Notes: generated by a model from the letters alone, not told the origin. A DNA stretch of 64,000 nucleotides from Clostridia bacterium (GCA_050951325.1 JBMNIW010000012.1:576001-640000), one strand, 5' to 3'. Counted from the stretch's first letter, positions 38,068-48,786 are shown. A program made the numbers and translations.

Positions 38068-40281
38068 ATGAGGATAAATGAATCGATCAAGGATAATCTC
38101 ATACTTCTTGAAAAACTTACACTGGGGGAAAAGGTTTCGCTATTATCATCCGATACCCCCTCCAAACTGAAGGGGGTTGCCAGACTTGGCGTGCCGTCCA
38201 TATCCTTTACTACTCCAACCAAAGGATATTTAAGAGCTGGTCAGGGTGGATTTGCTAGTTTCGACAAACTGGATTTTACTTGTTTTCCCTCATTCAGCCT
38301 TGTCAGTTGCAGCTTTAACAGAGAGCTTCTTATTGAAATGGGTGAAGCTGTGGCAAAGGAATATCTTGCTAACGAGATTTCTACTTTTATTGTATCGTGT
38401 TCTGTTCTTGATTCTCCGTATTATGGAAGAGGATATGAATTGTTCGGGGAGGACCCTTATGTTGTCGGGGAACTGGTTTCCGCATTCGCTGTAGGACTTC
38501 AAACCTATGGAATAGGGGCAATTCTTTCCGACTTTGTCATTTATTCAGGAGAAAAGCAATATAAAAATATACATATAGATGATTTTTACTTGCACGAAAG
38601 ATATCTAAAACCATTCAAAACAGTCATAACCAAAACACAACCGTTAGGAATAATGGTAAATTCTCAAGTTATTAATGATACACAACTATACACCAGTCCA
38701 ATGTTGAAAATGTTAAATAATGAATATTCTTTTAATGGTATTGTTCTGAGCGAATGGGGCGGTATTATGGATAGAATGGAATCTTTAAAGTCGGGAGTTC
38801 ATATCGAGCTTCCTGGTTCCGGCTGCTTTGATGATGAAATCCTGGAGGCAGTTGAAGATGAAACATTGGATGTTCAAGTAATTGATTCATTGGTTTTGGA
38901 TATCCTAAATTTTATAGACATTACCAAAAAGAACAGGGTTAACGGTTATCAGTATGACAGAACATATAACCACAAACTGGCTGAGAAAGTTGCAGAAGAA
39001 TCTATATGTCTGCTAAAGAATGAGGAAAACATACTGCCTCTTGATCCAAATGATAAAATTGCAGTGATTGGCAATGCCCAAATGCCAATGATACAGGTTG
39101 CAGGTTCTTCCTACGTGCCTGTAAGCATAATCGACGACCCGCTTTATTGCATGAGGGAGGTGTCTCCAAGCCTGACTGGCAGCAATATTCTACATTCAGA
39201 AGGCTATGACAAAACCACCGAGGAAATACGCAATGAGCTTGTTTATGAGGCGTTAAGAACTGTTATGGATGCAAAGGCGGCTGTAATGTTCCTGGGATTT
39301 GACAATTCTCAAGTCAGCGAATGCAGCGATTTTGAAAGTCTCGAATTGCCTGCAAACCAGCTGGATTTAATAGATTCAATTCTTCGGTATAACAAGAATA
39401 TTGTGGTTGTGTTGAATACTCCAATATGTATCAAAATGCCCTGGCTTGACAAGGTAAAAGCGGTTGTTGACGCAAAAGTTCCGGGAGAGGCTTTTGGGCC
39501 TGCTGTTGCAAACATATTGTTTGGCATAGTGAATCCTTCAGGAAAGTTGTCTTGTGCATATCCGGCACTGTTTCCTTTTGGACACGGTTTGTCTTACACA
39601 AGATTTGAGTACAGCGACATATATCTGGAATACGATGATGATGCGTATATGATTAGTTTTGTTCTTGAGAATACAGGGGAGGTGTCCGGCAAGGAGGTTG
39701 TATTTCTTTATGTTGAAACAAACAGACACAAAAAGCCGTATAAAAGACTTGTAGGATTTTGCAAGCCTGGTCTTGCCCCAGGAGAGAAAAAGAAAGTTAC
39801 TTTCAGGGTGGCAAGTGAGGAACTTTCTATTTACGATAGGGAGAGAAAATGTGAAACATTATTCTCCGGAGACTACACTTTTCATATATGTGCATCCGAG
39901 CAGGATGTAAGATTAAGTATAACCACATATATTGAAGGGGAAAATCCAATAGAGAAGGATTTTCTGATTCCTGACAAAAGAGTTGAGTTTGAGGAAGTGG
40001 AAAAAAGGGATTTATACACACTTGATTCCACTCTAAAAGAGCTTATGGACTCGCCTGCAGGTAAAAGGCTGTATCACTGGTGTTACAAACGGGCAAAAAA
40101 GCGAATGGGACTTGATGCCGAGAATCCCGTTTTCGCTTTGAATCTGGATATGTTTCTCAATACTCCTTTGAGGAAGCTAGTGCTGTTTAGTGAAGGTAAA
40201 CTCACATTTAAGAAGGCCCAAGGTTTGATAGACATATGTAATGGAAAGCCTATCAGGGGAGTGTCCAAAGTACTGTTTTAA
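38068..40281 (+). CDS. Glycoside hydrolase family 3 homologue with altered catalytic motifs
   Basis: LTLGEK, GEDP, SICLLKNEENILPL, LELPANQ, NPSGKL, FPFGHGLSYTRFEYS, Fn3-like domain; SEW in place of SDW. Confidence 0.85.
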   Translation: MRINESIKDNLILLEKLTLGEKVSLLSSDTPSKLKGVARLGVPSISFTTPTKGYLRAGQGGFASFDKLDFTCFPSFSLVSCSFNRELLIEMGEAVAKEYLANEISTFIVSCSVLDSPYYGRGYELFGEDPYVVGELVSAFAVGLQTYGIGAILSDFVIYSGEKQYKNIHIDDFYLHERYLKPFKTVITKTQPLGIMVNSQVINDTQLYTSPMLKMLNNEYSFNGIVLSEWGGIMDRMESLKSGVHIELPGSGCFDDEILEAVEDETLDVQVIDSLVLDILNFIDITKKNRVNGYQYDRTYNHKLAEKVAEESICLLKNEENILPLDPNDKIAVIGNAQMPMIQVAGSSYVPVSIIDDPLYCMREVSPSLTGSNILHSEGYDKTTEEIRNELVYEALRTVMDAKAAVMFLGFDNSQVSECSDFESLELPANQLDLIDSILRYNKNIVVVLNTPICIKMPWLDKVKAVVDAKVPGEAFGPAVANILFGIVNPSGKLSCAYPALFPFGHGLSYTRFEYSDIYLEYDDDAYMISFVLENTGEVSGKEVVFLYVETNRHKKPYKRLVGFCKPGLAPGEKKKVTFRVASEELSIYDRERKCETLFSGDYTFHICASEQDVRLSITTYIEGENPIEKDFLIPDKRVEFEEVEKRDLYTLDSTLKELMDSPAGKRLYHWCYKRAKKRMGLDAENPVFALNLDMFLNTPLRKLVLFSEGKLTFKKAQGLIDICNGKPIRGVSKVLF

Positions 40282-40290
40282 CAAATTAAA

Positions 40291-40320
40291 TTGCATATGG
40301 CAGTTATTGTATGATATAAT
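40291..40320 (+). promoter_or_regulatory. Sigma-A promoter of pepF
   Basis: TTGCAT-18 bp-TATAAT with extended -10 TG. Confidence 0.55.
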
Positions 40321-40357
40321 GCATTGAATTTAAGTATAAAACGTGTAGGAGGCACTT

Positions 40358-42160
40358 ATGAATACTGATAAATTACTCGAGAGATCTGAGATTGATGACG
40401 GGTATAAATGGAGAGTTCAAGACATTTATGCCGATGATAATCTATGGGAAAAAGATTTTGAAAAGGTTAAGAACGCAATTGACTTACTCGCTTCTTTTAA
40501 AGGAAAGATAAGTGAAAGTGGAGAGAGTTTGCTTGAATTTTTGAAAAAAACGGATGAGGTTTCCCAACTGTTGGAGAAAATGATTGTTTATGCAATCATG
40601 CGTCGCGATGAAGATACAAGAGAAAGCTTTTATCAGAAGATGTATGATAGATGTGGCTCTTTGTTTACAGACATAAATGCTGCGTTGGCTTTCTTTGAGC
40701 CCGAGCTTTTGGCAATGGACAAAGAAAAAATTGACGCCTTTTTTGAAAACACTGAGGGATTGTCTCTGTACAGGTTTAAGATAGATGAAATAATGAGGAA
40801 AAAACCTCACATTTTGTCTGAAGCTGAAGAGAGAATAATGGCTCTTTCCGGCGATGCAATAGATACTGCCGACAATGTGTTTTCCATGTTTAACAATGCC
40901 GACTTGAAGTTCCCTGAAGTCAAGGATGAAGACGGCAATATGAAGGAGCTTACACAGGCCAGATACATTTCCTTCCTGATGTCTGAAAACAGGGAAGTCA
41001 GAAGGGGTGCATTTAAGGCATTGTATGAGACTTATGGCAAATGGAGAAACACTCTGGCTTCATGTCTTTCAGGGCAGGTCAAATCCAACAGATACGTTGC
41101 AAGAGCAAGGAATTACGACTCCTGTATTGAAATGTACTTGGATAATGATTTTGTAAAGACGGATGTATACAACAACCTGATTGAGACTGTTGAAAGCAAT
41201 TTGGACAAGTATCAGGAGTATATGGAGTTAAAAAGGAAAGCCATGGGGCTTGATGAGATTCACATGTATGATATATATGCTCCTATTGTGAAGGTTCCTC
41301 AAAAGAAATACACCTTTGAAGAAGGAAAGGAAATCGTCATTGAAGCATTGAAACCCTTGGGAGAGGATTATCTTAAACTGGTAAAGAAAAGCTTTGACGA
41401 AGGCTGGATAGATGTTTATGAGAATGTGGGGAAGAGATCCGGTGCTTACTCAATAAGTTGTTATGGAGTGCATCCATATGTGCTTCTAAACTGGCAGGGC
41501 ACTTTAAATGATGTGTTTACACTTGCTCACGAATTGGGACATGCAATGCATTCATATTTGAGCAACAAGAATCAGCCTTTCGTATACGCAAGATACAAAA
41601 TCTTTGTTGCAGAAGTTGCCTCAACAGTCAATGAGAATCTCCTTATAGATTACCTTATGAACAATACTGATGACGAAAACATCAAGGCTTATCTCGTAAA
41701 TCACTATCTGGAGGAGTTCAGGGGTACTGTATACAGACAGGTCATGTTTGCACACTTTGAAAGGGACATGCACGCTCTTTACGAATCAGGACAAGCTTTG
41801 ACACAGGAAACTCTGTGCAAGCTTTACTATGACCTCAACCTCAAATATTTTAGTCCTGCGGTGGTTGTGGACAAGGATATTGAGATGGAGTGGGCTCGTA
41901 TTCCGCACTTCTATTCATCCTTCTATGTATACAAGTATTCCACAGGATTTTCAGCAGCGGTCGCTTTTGCCAAGAACATCCTGAGTGGAGATAAAACTCT
42001 TGCTGACAAATATTTGAATCTTCTCAAGAGCGGAGGCAATAATTATCCTATAGAGCAACTTAAACTTGCAGGTGTTGATTTGTCAAAACCTGATCCTATA
42101 GAAGACGCACTTAATGTATTTGGTGAAAATGTGAAAAAACTGAGTGCGTTAATTGTATAG
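40358..42160 (+). CDS. pepF: Oligoendopeptidase F (peptidase M3B)
   Basis: WIDVYEN.GKRSGAYS, HPYVLLN, TLAHELGHAMH, AEVAST, WARIPHFY. Confidence 0.95.
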   Translation: MNTDKLLERSEIDDGYKWRVQDIYADDNLWEKDFEKVKNAIDLLASFKGKISESGESLLEFLKKTDEVSQLLEKMIVYAIMRRDEDTRESFYQKMYDRCGSLFTDINAALAFFEPELLAMDKEKIDAFFENTEGLSLYRFKIDEIMRKKPHILSEAEERIMALSGDAIDTADNVFSMFNNADLKFPEVKDEDGNMKELTQARYISFLMSENREVRRGAFKALYETYGKWRNTLASCLSGQVKSNRYVARARNYDSCIEMYLDNDFVKTDVYNNLIETVESNLDKYQEYMELKRKAMGLDEIHMYDIYAPIVKVPQKKYTFEEGKEIVIEALKPLGEDYLKLVKKSFDEGWIDVYENVGKRSGAYSISCYGVHPYVLLNWQGTLNDVFTLAHELGHAMHSYLSNKNQPFVYARYKIFVAEVASTVNENLLIDYLMNNTDDENIKAYLVNHYLEEFRGTVYRQVMFAHFERDMHALYESGQALTQETLCKLYYDLNLKYFSPAVVVDKDIEMEWARIPHFYSSFYVYKYSTGFSAAVAFAKNILSGDKTLADKYLNLLKSGGNNYPIEQLKLAGVDLSKPDPIEDALNVFGENVKKLSALIV

Positions 42161-42176
42161 TTTCATAGGAGGAAAT

Positions 42177-44279
42177 ATGCAAAAAAAGTTTATTGCCGTA
42201 TTGTTGATACTGTTAGTATTCGCCTTTCCTTTGTTTTCATTTGCCGCCAGCAAGGTCATTGTTTCGGCGGATTTCAACACAAAGGAGAATAAAGGCTTTG
42301 TTGAAGATGCTTATTTCAAAGATGAAGCCAAATACTATTGGAGTGAAAACGAGGGAAGGGATGGTAGCGGGTGTCTTGTTGTAGAGTGTACAACGGAGAA
42401 TGATGCAAGATATGCATATACTGTAAAAGCCAAGAAAAACACCTACTACAGGATTTCTGCGTACATTAAAACCGAAAACGTTTCCTATAAGGATGAGAAC
42501 GCAAAAGGCGCAAACCTTTCTATAAAGGATCTGTTTGATGTACATGGCAACATATTTGGAACCCAGGATTGGACATATGTGGAGTTTTACGGTCTAACTG
42601 GTTCCTCCCAGACTTCATTTACTGTTTTTCTGCGCCTGGGCGGCTATGGGGGAACCAATACCGGAAAGGCCTATTTTGATGACTTCAAGGTAGAGGAGCT
42701 GGATTCCCTGCCTGTGGGTGCGGAGGTAACAGCTCTTTACAAGGAGTCTTCTGCAAATAACGATTTTCCGCCCATGTACACGGACCCCATGAGGGTGGCT
42801 GGTTTGCTCACCTTTTTCAGCGCTATAGTTTTCATTATTTACTACAGATACGTAACCCGGCATAAAGATGCGGTGCAGGAAGGGCTCTCCACACTGCAAA
42901 AAGTGGTGCTGCTGCTCTTCATTGGTCTTTTCTTGAGACTTATCCTCTCTATAACTGCACCACAGTGCTCCATAGATGTAAATCTTTTTTCCTATTGGGC
43001 AACGAATGCTGCGAAACACAATTTTAACATATATAACCAGGTGGATGGAATAGATTATCCTCCCGGGTATATGACAATCCTTATGCTGGTTGGAAAGATA
43101 ATGAACCTTTTTAATGCTTATGGAACGCTTCTGGGTAGAATGCTTATAAAAATGCCTGCCATTTTATGTGATATTGCTATAGCGTACATTATATACAAGC
43201 TGGCTGTTAAGAAACTGAGCAGCAAATGGACCATTTTCTTGGTTTGTGCGTGGTTGTTCAATCCTGTTGTCCTTATTGACTCGGCAGCCTGGGGGCAGGT
43301 TGACTCAGTGCTGACATTGGCGATGGTGTTGTGCATTTATTACATTACACAGGAAAAGTATGCGACGGCAGGAGTATGGCTTGCGGTGGCTGTTATGTTG
43401 AAGCCTCAGGCACTGTTCATTTCCCCAATACTGTTTTACGCACTGGTAAAACATTTTACTGTTTCAAAAGAACCGATTGTAGACAAGTTGTTGCATTTTG
43501 TCAAAACGTTGTGTGCGTTTTTGGTGACTTTTCTTTTGATTGCTCTTCCTTACTGGGTAAACATGAAGTCAATATGGCTATATGAACTGTTTCTCGGAAC
43601 AGCAGATCATTATGACTACATTACGGTAAACGCGCTTAACTACCACTTCCTTAAAGGAAACAATTGGGTTAGAGATAGCACTCCGTCTGTTTTTGGATGG
43701 TCACTGTTTGCCTGGGGCATGTTGGCAATTGTTGCTGCTTCCGTGATAACCTGGGTGGTGTACCAGATTAACAAGAAGGAAAAGTCTGTTCCATATCTTA
43801 TGTCCGCAGTACTTATATACCTTGTGGTCAACTTCGGGCCTAGAATGCACGAAAGATACTTTTTCCCGCTTATTGCGCTCATGTTGATTGCGTTGATATA
43901 TATAAACAACAAATGGTTGCTTTATCTGTTTGCGGTTACCTCCGGAGTAAATTTCCTTATTGTGATGGAAATCATGACGGATCTGACAGTAGGAGGATCT
44001 GGTGGTAAATACAGACATTTCAACTGGCCACACGTGACAACGTTCAGAGGGACATTGGCGTTTATTAACGTGACGTGTTCGGTATTGCTGCTTGTCTTTG
44101 CAGTCATGCATACCATGAAATTATTCAAAGGTGATAGTCATTTGTTGTGGAAAGATAAAACGGAAGAGATGATTGTGCCTGTCAGTGGTGGATTTATTGA
44201 TAGAATAAAAAATAAGATGGCACGATTCAAGAGAAGCGATATTCAAGAGTGGAGTGTGGACAATGAAAAGAAGAATTAG
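42177..44279 (+). CDS. GT-C membrane glycosyltransferase (GT87/PIG-M-like) with N-terminal CBM4/9-like domain
   Basis: Signal peptide, jelly-roll domain ending YFDDFKVE; DYPPG, KMPAILCD, FNP..DSAAWGQVDS, KPQ, MHERY. Confidence 0.8.
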   Translation: MQKKFIAVLLILLVFAFPLFSFAASKVIVSADFNTKENKGFVEDAYFKDEAKYYWSENEGRDGSGCLVVECTTENDARYAYTVKAKKNTYYRISAYIKTENVSYKDENAKGANLSIKDLFDVHGNIFGTQDWTYVEFYGLTGSSQTSFTVFLRLGGYGGTNTGKAYFDDFKVEELDSLPVGAEVTALYKESSANNDFPPMYTDPMRVAGLLTFFSAIVFIIYYRYVTRHKDAVQEGLSTLQKVVLLLFIGLFLRLILSITAPQCSIDVNLFSYWATNAAKHNFNIYNQVDGIDYPPGYMTILMLVGKIMNLFNAYGTLLGRMLIKMPAILCDIAIAYIIYKLAVKKLSSKWTIFLVCAWLFNPVVLIDSAAWGQVDSVLTLAMVLCIYYITQEKYATAGVWLAVAVMLKPQALFISPILFYALVKHFTVSKEPIVDKLLHFVKTLCAFLVTFLLIALPYWVNMKSIWLYELFLGTADHYDYITVNALNYHFLKGNNWVRDSTPSVFGWSLFAWGMLAIVAASVITWVVYQINKKEKSVPYLMSAVLIYLVVNFGPRMHERYFFPLIALMLIALIYINNKWLLYLFAVTSGVNFLIVMEIMTDLTVGGSGGKYRHFNWPHVTTFRGTLAFINVTCSVLLLVFAVMHTMKLFKGDSHLLWKDKTEEMIVPVSGGFIDRIKNKMARFKRSDIQEWSVDNEKKN

Positions 44280-46749
44280 TAGGATTGTTACTTTTGTCGC
44301 AATTTGTTTGTTTGCAATCATATATCTTGCAGGATGTGCAAAAACTGTTAACCTTAAGCACACCGGTTTTGAAGAGGGCAGCAAGGACTCCATAAAGGGC
44401 TGGATTTTGTACGATTATCATGAACTGCATGGTGATCCTTTGAGAACCATATTTGACATTGTTCCTGGTGGAGTTTCAGGCAACTGCCTCAAGATTGAGA
44501 GTAAAAACCTCAATGATGCCAGAGTGTATCAGGAGATCAAGGTAAAGAGAAATACCACATACAAGATAACCGTATATGTCAAGACGGAGAATGTTGAGGA
44601 AGGAGCAGGTGTCAACATATCCGCCATTGATTGCGCCGATGTTCCAACAGAAAGTGTTTTTGGAACAAACTCTGAATGGCAGGAACTTACGGTTTATGCC
44701 AAAACAGGACCCAAGCAGAGGAGTTTGCAGCTCAGCCTTGGATTGGGCGGTTATGGGTCGGAGTCTTCTGGTGTAGCATACTTTGATAATGTTTCCGTTG
44801 AGGTTGCTAAAAAGGTTCCTCAAGGAGCAAGAGTGTTGAATGTGGAGCCGAGAAAGTCAAGTGATGATAAAGATGGCAAAACCAAACATGAAACATTAAT
44901 GCAATTTTTGTTTATAACCGCACTGGCAAGCCTTTTGATTTACATTGTAGCATTGTGTCTCAAGAGCGATAAGGAGAATTTTACAAATAAAGAAGCTTTG
45001 TCGTATGAAATAACCAGACCGGGCAAGAGAGACTGGATTATTATTGGAGTTATGACCTTGGTTTGTGCTTTGTTTTCATACTACAAACTGGGCGATATGA
45101 AAGCTGCGTCAAATTACTGGAAGGCAACAGAGGCCGGAGAGTATGTTATTGTAGAATTTGATTCTGTCAAAAATGTCAGGAGAATTGCATATTCCTGCAA
45201 CATACCTGCCACAGCTTCTTACAGGGTTTTGTATGAGGATGAGAATGGAGAGTTCAAACAGACATCGACATTGACTCAAAAGGCTTTCTTTGAGTGGGAG
45301 GTTTTCAAAACCAACTTTACAACAAAAAGAGTCAAGATAGAAGCAAGAAGCACAGGGCTTGGAATAAATGAGGTTGGCTTCTTTGAAACTGATGAAGATG
45401 GCAATCTTAAACAGATACCAGTCAAGGTGGTTGAGCAAAAGTATACGGAAGTTGAAGGCTATGGCAAGCCTGAGTATCTGTTTGACGAACAGGATACTGT
45501 ACCTGTTGCAAGAACATACATGAATGGAACATATTTCGACGAAGTTTATTTCCCAAGAACCGCTTATGAGCATATTCATGGATTGAAGATTTACGAAACC
45601 ACACATCCACCCATGGGCAAGAACTTTATTGCGCTAGGGATAAAGATTTTTGGCATGAATCCTTTTGGATGGAGATTCATGGGAACGCTTGCAGGCGTGC
45701 TTTTAGTTCCAATTATGTATCTGTTTGCACTTAAACTGTTTAAAAAGAGATTCTACGCATTTATTGCAGCTTTCCTTATGATGTTTGACTTCATGAGGCT
45801 GGCTCAGACAAGACTTGCGACAATAGACTCGTACTCGTGTTTGTTTGTACTACTAATGTACTACTTTATGTACGACTACTTTGTCGTAAAATCCTACGAT
45901 TTGACCTTTAGAAGGTCGTTAAGGCCGTTAATCTTCGCAGGTCTTGCCTTTGGTTTAGGAGCTGCAGCAAAGTGGACATCTCTCTATGCAGGTGCGGGAC
46001 TTGCCCTACTGTTCTTCTTGGCAAAATATGCGGAGGCGGAGGACTATATAGCAAAGAGAACATCATCCCCGGATAATACAAAGACCTGGTGGTTAAAAAA
46101 CAACTTCCTGCCAACATGCCTTGCCTGCGTTGTGCTGTTTGTAGTAATTCCTGGAATAATATATGTTCTATCATACATCCCATATATTCCATCTAGTGGT
46201 GGAAAGGGACTTTGGGATATCGTGATTGACAACCAGAAACACATGTATAAATATCATGCAAACCTGAATGCAAAACATAGCTTTGGTTCTCCATGGTGGT
46301 CATGGCCGATAATGGTGAGACCCATCTGGTATTTTATAAAAGATGGTTCATCGCCTATGAGAAGCACTATTGTTTCATTTGGCAACCCGGCCATCTGGTG
46401 GGTTGGCATAGTGGCAATTGGATATACTGCTTTTATGGCATGGAAGAAGAGGGACAAATACATGATTCCTGTCATAGTGGGTTATGGTCTTCAGTACTTC
46501 CCGTGGATACTGGTAACCAGAGTTGCCTTCATTTATCACTACTTCACAGCAGTACCTTTCATGATTCTTATGATTGTGTATGCAATCAAGAACCTGCTTG
46601 AAGATGGAATAATAAAGAAGTCTACTGTATGGTTGTATCTGGGAGTTGTACTTGTTTTGTTTGTCATGTATTACCCAGTACTAACAGGTCTTGAGGTCAA
46701 GAGAAGTTTTGTTGACATGTTGAAAATATTCTCAACCTGGGTATTTTAG
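44263..46749 (+). CDS. Protein O-mannosyltransferase (PMT/GT39)-like glycosyltransferase with CBM4/9-like domain
   Basis: YFDEVYF, THPPMGK, FGMNPFGWR, QTRLATID, AKW, HSFGSPWWSWP, FIYHY. Confidence 0.87.
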   Translation: MKRRISRIVTFVAICLFAIIYLAGCAKTVNLKHTGFEEGSKDSIKGWILYDYHELHGDPLRTIFDIVPGGVSGNCLKIESKNLNDARVYQEIKVKRNTTYKITVYVKTENVEEGAGVNISAIDCADVPTESVFGTNSEWQELTVYAKTGPKQRSLQLSLGLGGYGSESSGVAYFDNVSVEVAKKVPQGARVLNVEPRKSSDDKDGKTKHETLMQFLFITALASLLIYIVALCLKSDKENFTNKEALSYEITRPGKRDWIIIGVMTLVCALFSYYKLGDMKAASNYWKATEAGEYVIVEFDSVKNVRRIAYSCNIPATASYRVLYEDENGEFKQTSTLTQKAFFEWEVFKTNFTTKRVKIEARSTGLGINEVGFFETDEDGNLKQIPVKVVEQKYTEVEGYGKPEYLFDEQDTVPVARTYMNGTYFDEVYFPRTAYEHIHGLKIYETTHPPMGKNFIALGIKIFGMNPFGWRFMGTLAGVLLVPIMYLFALKLFKKRFYAFIAAFLMMFDFMRLAQTRLATIDSYSCLFVLLMYYFMYDYFVVKSYDLTFRRSLRPLIFAGLAFGLGAAAKWTSLYAGAGLALLFFLAKYAEAEDYIAKRTSSPDNTKTWWLKNNFLPTCLACVVLFVVIPGIIYVLSYIPYIPSSGGKGLWDIVIDNQKHMYKYHANLNAKHSFGSPWWSWPIMVRPIWYFIKDGSSPMRSTIVSFGNPAIWWVGIVAIGYTAFMAWKKRDKYMIPVIVGYGLQYFPWILVTRVAFIYHYFTAVPFMILMIVYAIKNLLEDGIIKKSTVWLYLGVVLVLFVMYYPVLTGLEVKRSFVDMLKIFSTWVF

Positions 46750-46779
46750 ATAAAAAATATAAATGAAAGGGTTAGTTAA

Positions 46780-47745
46780 ATGGAAAAGATAGTTTGTTCA
46801 GTGGTTGTGCCTGTGTACAATGAAGAAGAAGTAATTAATGTAACATACAAACGGCTGAAGGACGTCATGGACGGTCTTGATATTACCTACGAAATTATAT
46901 TTGTCAATGACGGCAGCCGTGATAGAACAAGAGAACTTGCAATGGAAATCTGTAAAAACGACAAGAATATCAAGTTTATAGATTTCTCAAGGAACTTTGG
47001 ACACCAGACTGCAATAACTGCGGGAATGGACTATGCATCCGGCGATGCAGTGGTCGTTATTGATGCTGACCTTCAGGATCCGCCGGAAGTTATTCCTGAA
47101 ATGCTGGAAAAATGGAGAGAAGGATATGATGTAGTTTACGGACAGAGAGTTAAGAGGCAAGGGGAAACCTTTTTCAAGAAGGTTACAGCAAAGATTTTCT
47201 ACCGCACATTAAACAGGTTGACGGATGTGGAAATACCAGTTGATACAGGCGACTTTAGACTTATTGATAGAAAGGTATGCGATGCACTTAAAAAAGTGGA
47301 TGAAAAGAACAGGTACATCAGGGGAATTATCAGCTGGTTGGGCTTCAAGAGCATAGCTGTGCCATTTGTTAGAGAGAAAAGGTTTGCAGGAACAACCAAG
47401 TATCCACTCAAGAAAATGCTCAAGTTTGCAAGCGATGCAATAATATCCTTTTCTCACAAGCCCTTGAAACTAGCAACATATTTTGGATTCTTTTTATCCT
47501 TTGCAAGCTTTGCATACCTGATAGTCACGATAATTTTGAAAGTATTCAGTATTATCCAGACCGTACCGGGTTGGGCATCAATAGTTGCCATAAATCTGTT
47601 CTTCAACGGTATAATCCTGTTAATTCTAGGAATCATTGGAGAGTATATTGGCAGGATTTACGATGAGGCAAAAAACAGGCCGCTTTATGTTATACGCGAA
47701 CTAGTCAATTTTGACGAATCTAAAACCATAAACGGAGAAAGATAA
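46780..47745 (+). CDS. GT2 polyprenyl-phosphate glycosyltransferase (GtrB/CsbB/YkoT-like)
   Basis: VVPVYNEE, VNDGSRD, SRNFGHQ, DADLQDPP, GDFRL, two C-terminal TM, GEYIGRIYDE..RPLY. Confidence 0.92.
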   Translation: MEKIVCSVVVPVYNEEEVINVTYKRLKDVMDGLDITYEIIFVNDGSRDRTRELAMEICKNDKNIKFIDFSRNFGHQTAITAGMDYASGDAVVVIDADLQDPPEVIPEMLEKWREGYDVVYGQRVKRQGETFFKKVTAKIFYRTLNRLTDVEIPVDTGDFRLIDRKVCDALKKVDEKNRYIRGIISWLGFKSIAVPFVREKRFAGTTKYPLKKMLKFASDAIISFSHKPLKLATYFGFFLSFASFAYLIVTIILKVFSIIQTVPGWASIVAINLFFNGIILLILGIIGEYIGRIYDEAKNRPLYVIRELVNFDESKTINGER

Positions 47746-47764
47746 TTACCTTCAAAAATTTCTT

Positions 47765-47797
47765 AAAAGGTTCCTTTCATAAAAAGGAACCTTTTTT
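47765..47797 (+). terminator. Intrinsic terminator
   Basis: AAAAGGTTCCTTT...AAAGGAACCTTTTTT. Confidence 0.8.
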
Positions 47798-47912
47798 CGT
47801 TTGCTTGCTGGCTTTGTATGTATCTTTGTTTACTCGGACCAATTATTTGCAAGAATATGTTTTTTTCTATCGGGAAGAATAAGGATGTCAAATTCATAAA
47901 GGAGAAGGCATT

Positions 47913-48179
47913 ATGGAACTAAACAGTATAAATTACAAAGGGAAAAATTTCAGATTGGTTAGTGATGTCAAATCTGATGATGGCGATACATCAATGTACA
48001 AGGCAAAAGCTGTTGATGACACAGGCAATGCCTATGAAATCTATTGGGAAACTACTGATGAATGGGAAGATGCTCTTTTGGACGGACTGGTTGAGCCTGA
48101 ATATGATTTTAGTCAGGCTTGCGACTGGCAAAACCCTTTAATGGTAAAGAGGATTCAACAAGAAAAATATATTCAATAG
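47913..48179 (+). CDS. Small acidic hypothetical protein
   Basis: AAGGAG RBS, 88-aa ORF with its own terminator; YKAKAVDDTGNAYEIYW..ACDWQNP. Confidence 0.7.
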   Translation: MELNSINYKGKNFRLVSDVKSDDGDTSMYKAKAVDDTGNAYEIYWETTDEWEDALLDGLVEPEYDFSQACDWQNPLMVKRIQQEKYIQ

Positions 48180-48211
48180 CAAGAAGGCAAGTCTTATGAC
48201 TTGCCTTCTTG
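48180..48211. terminator. Terminator between convergent genes
   Basis: CAAGAAGGCAAGTC-ttat-GACTTGCCTTCTTG. Confidence 0.8.
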
Positions 48212-48238
48212 GTTTGCTATGTACAAAAAGGCCAGGAA

Positions 48239-48757
48239 TTATATTATCCTTTCCTCCTTAAGCTTGGAAACAGTTTGCTTGGCAAGAGTGTTGACTTCCT
48301 GCTCGTTTAAGCGATATTTACTGATGGTTTGGGGAGTAGGCTTTGGTTCGGGTGGTAGAAGGTCTGCAATATGCAGTTCAATTACTTTTGTCGCCTCATA
48401 GCCTGTTATGTGTTTGAGTTTACTGGGTAATTCCGGGTTAGCATATCCACTTAAGGATATGTATGCATATTTTTGAGGATGTTTCTTTAACTCATTAAAG
48501 TATGGCCTTAAAGGAAATGCGGGTTGCCCCATCCATACTGGTGCGACAAATATAATTAAATCATAATCAGACATAACTTGTGGACTTGGCTCTGTCTGTG
48601 GTGTCCTGTGTAAAACAAAGTCTGCTATTATAGTACCGATGGTTCGTTTCTTATTCTCGGTTATGCATATATGTTCCATGTTTAACTTTTCGGCAATACT
48701 TTTAGCAAAAATCTCGTTATTGCCTGTGTAGGAATAGGACATAATTAATAACTTCAT
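48239..48757 (-). CDS. Flavodoxin-like protein
   Basis: SYSYTGNN..AKSIA, YDLIIFVAPVW. Confidence 0.75.
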   Translation of the reverse strand: MKLLIMSYSYTGNNEIFAKSIAEKLNMEHICITENKKRTIGTIIADFVLHRTPQTEPSPQVMSDYDLIIFVAPVWMGQPAFPLRPYFNELKKHPQKYAYISLSGYANPELPSKLKHITGYEATKVIELHIADLLPPEPKPTPQTISKYRLNEQEVNTLAKQTVSKLKEERII

Positions 48758-48786
48758 AAATACACACTCCTGTTTAGAAAAAATAT

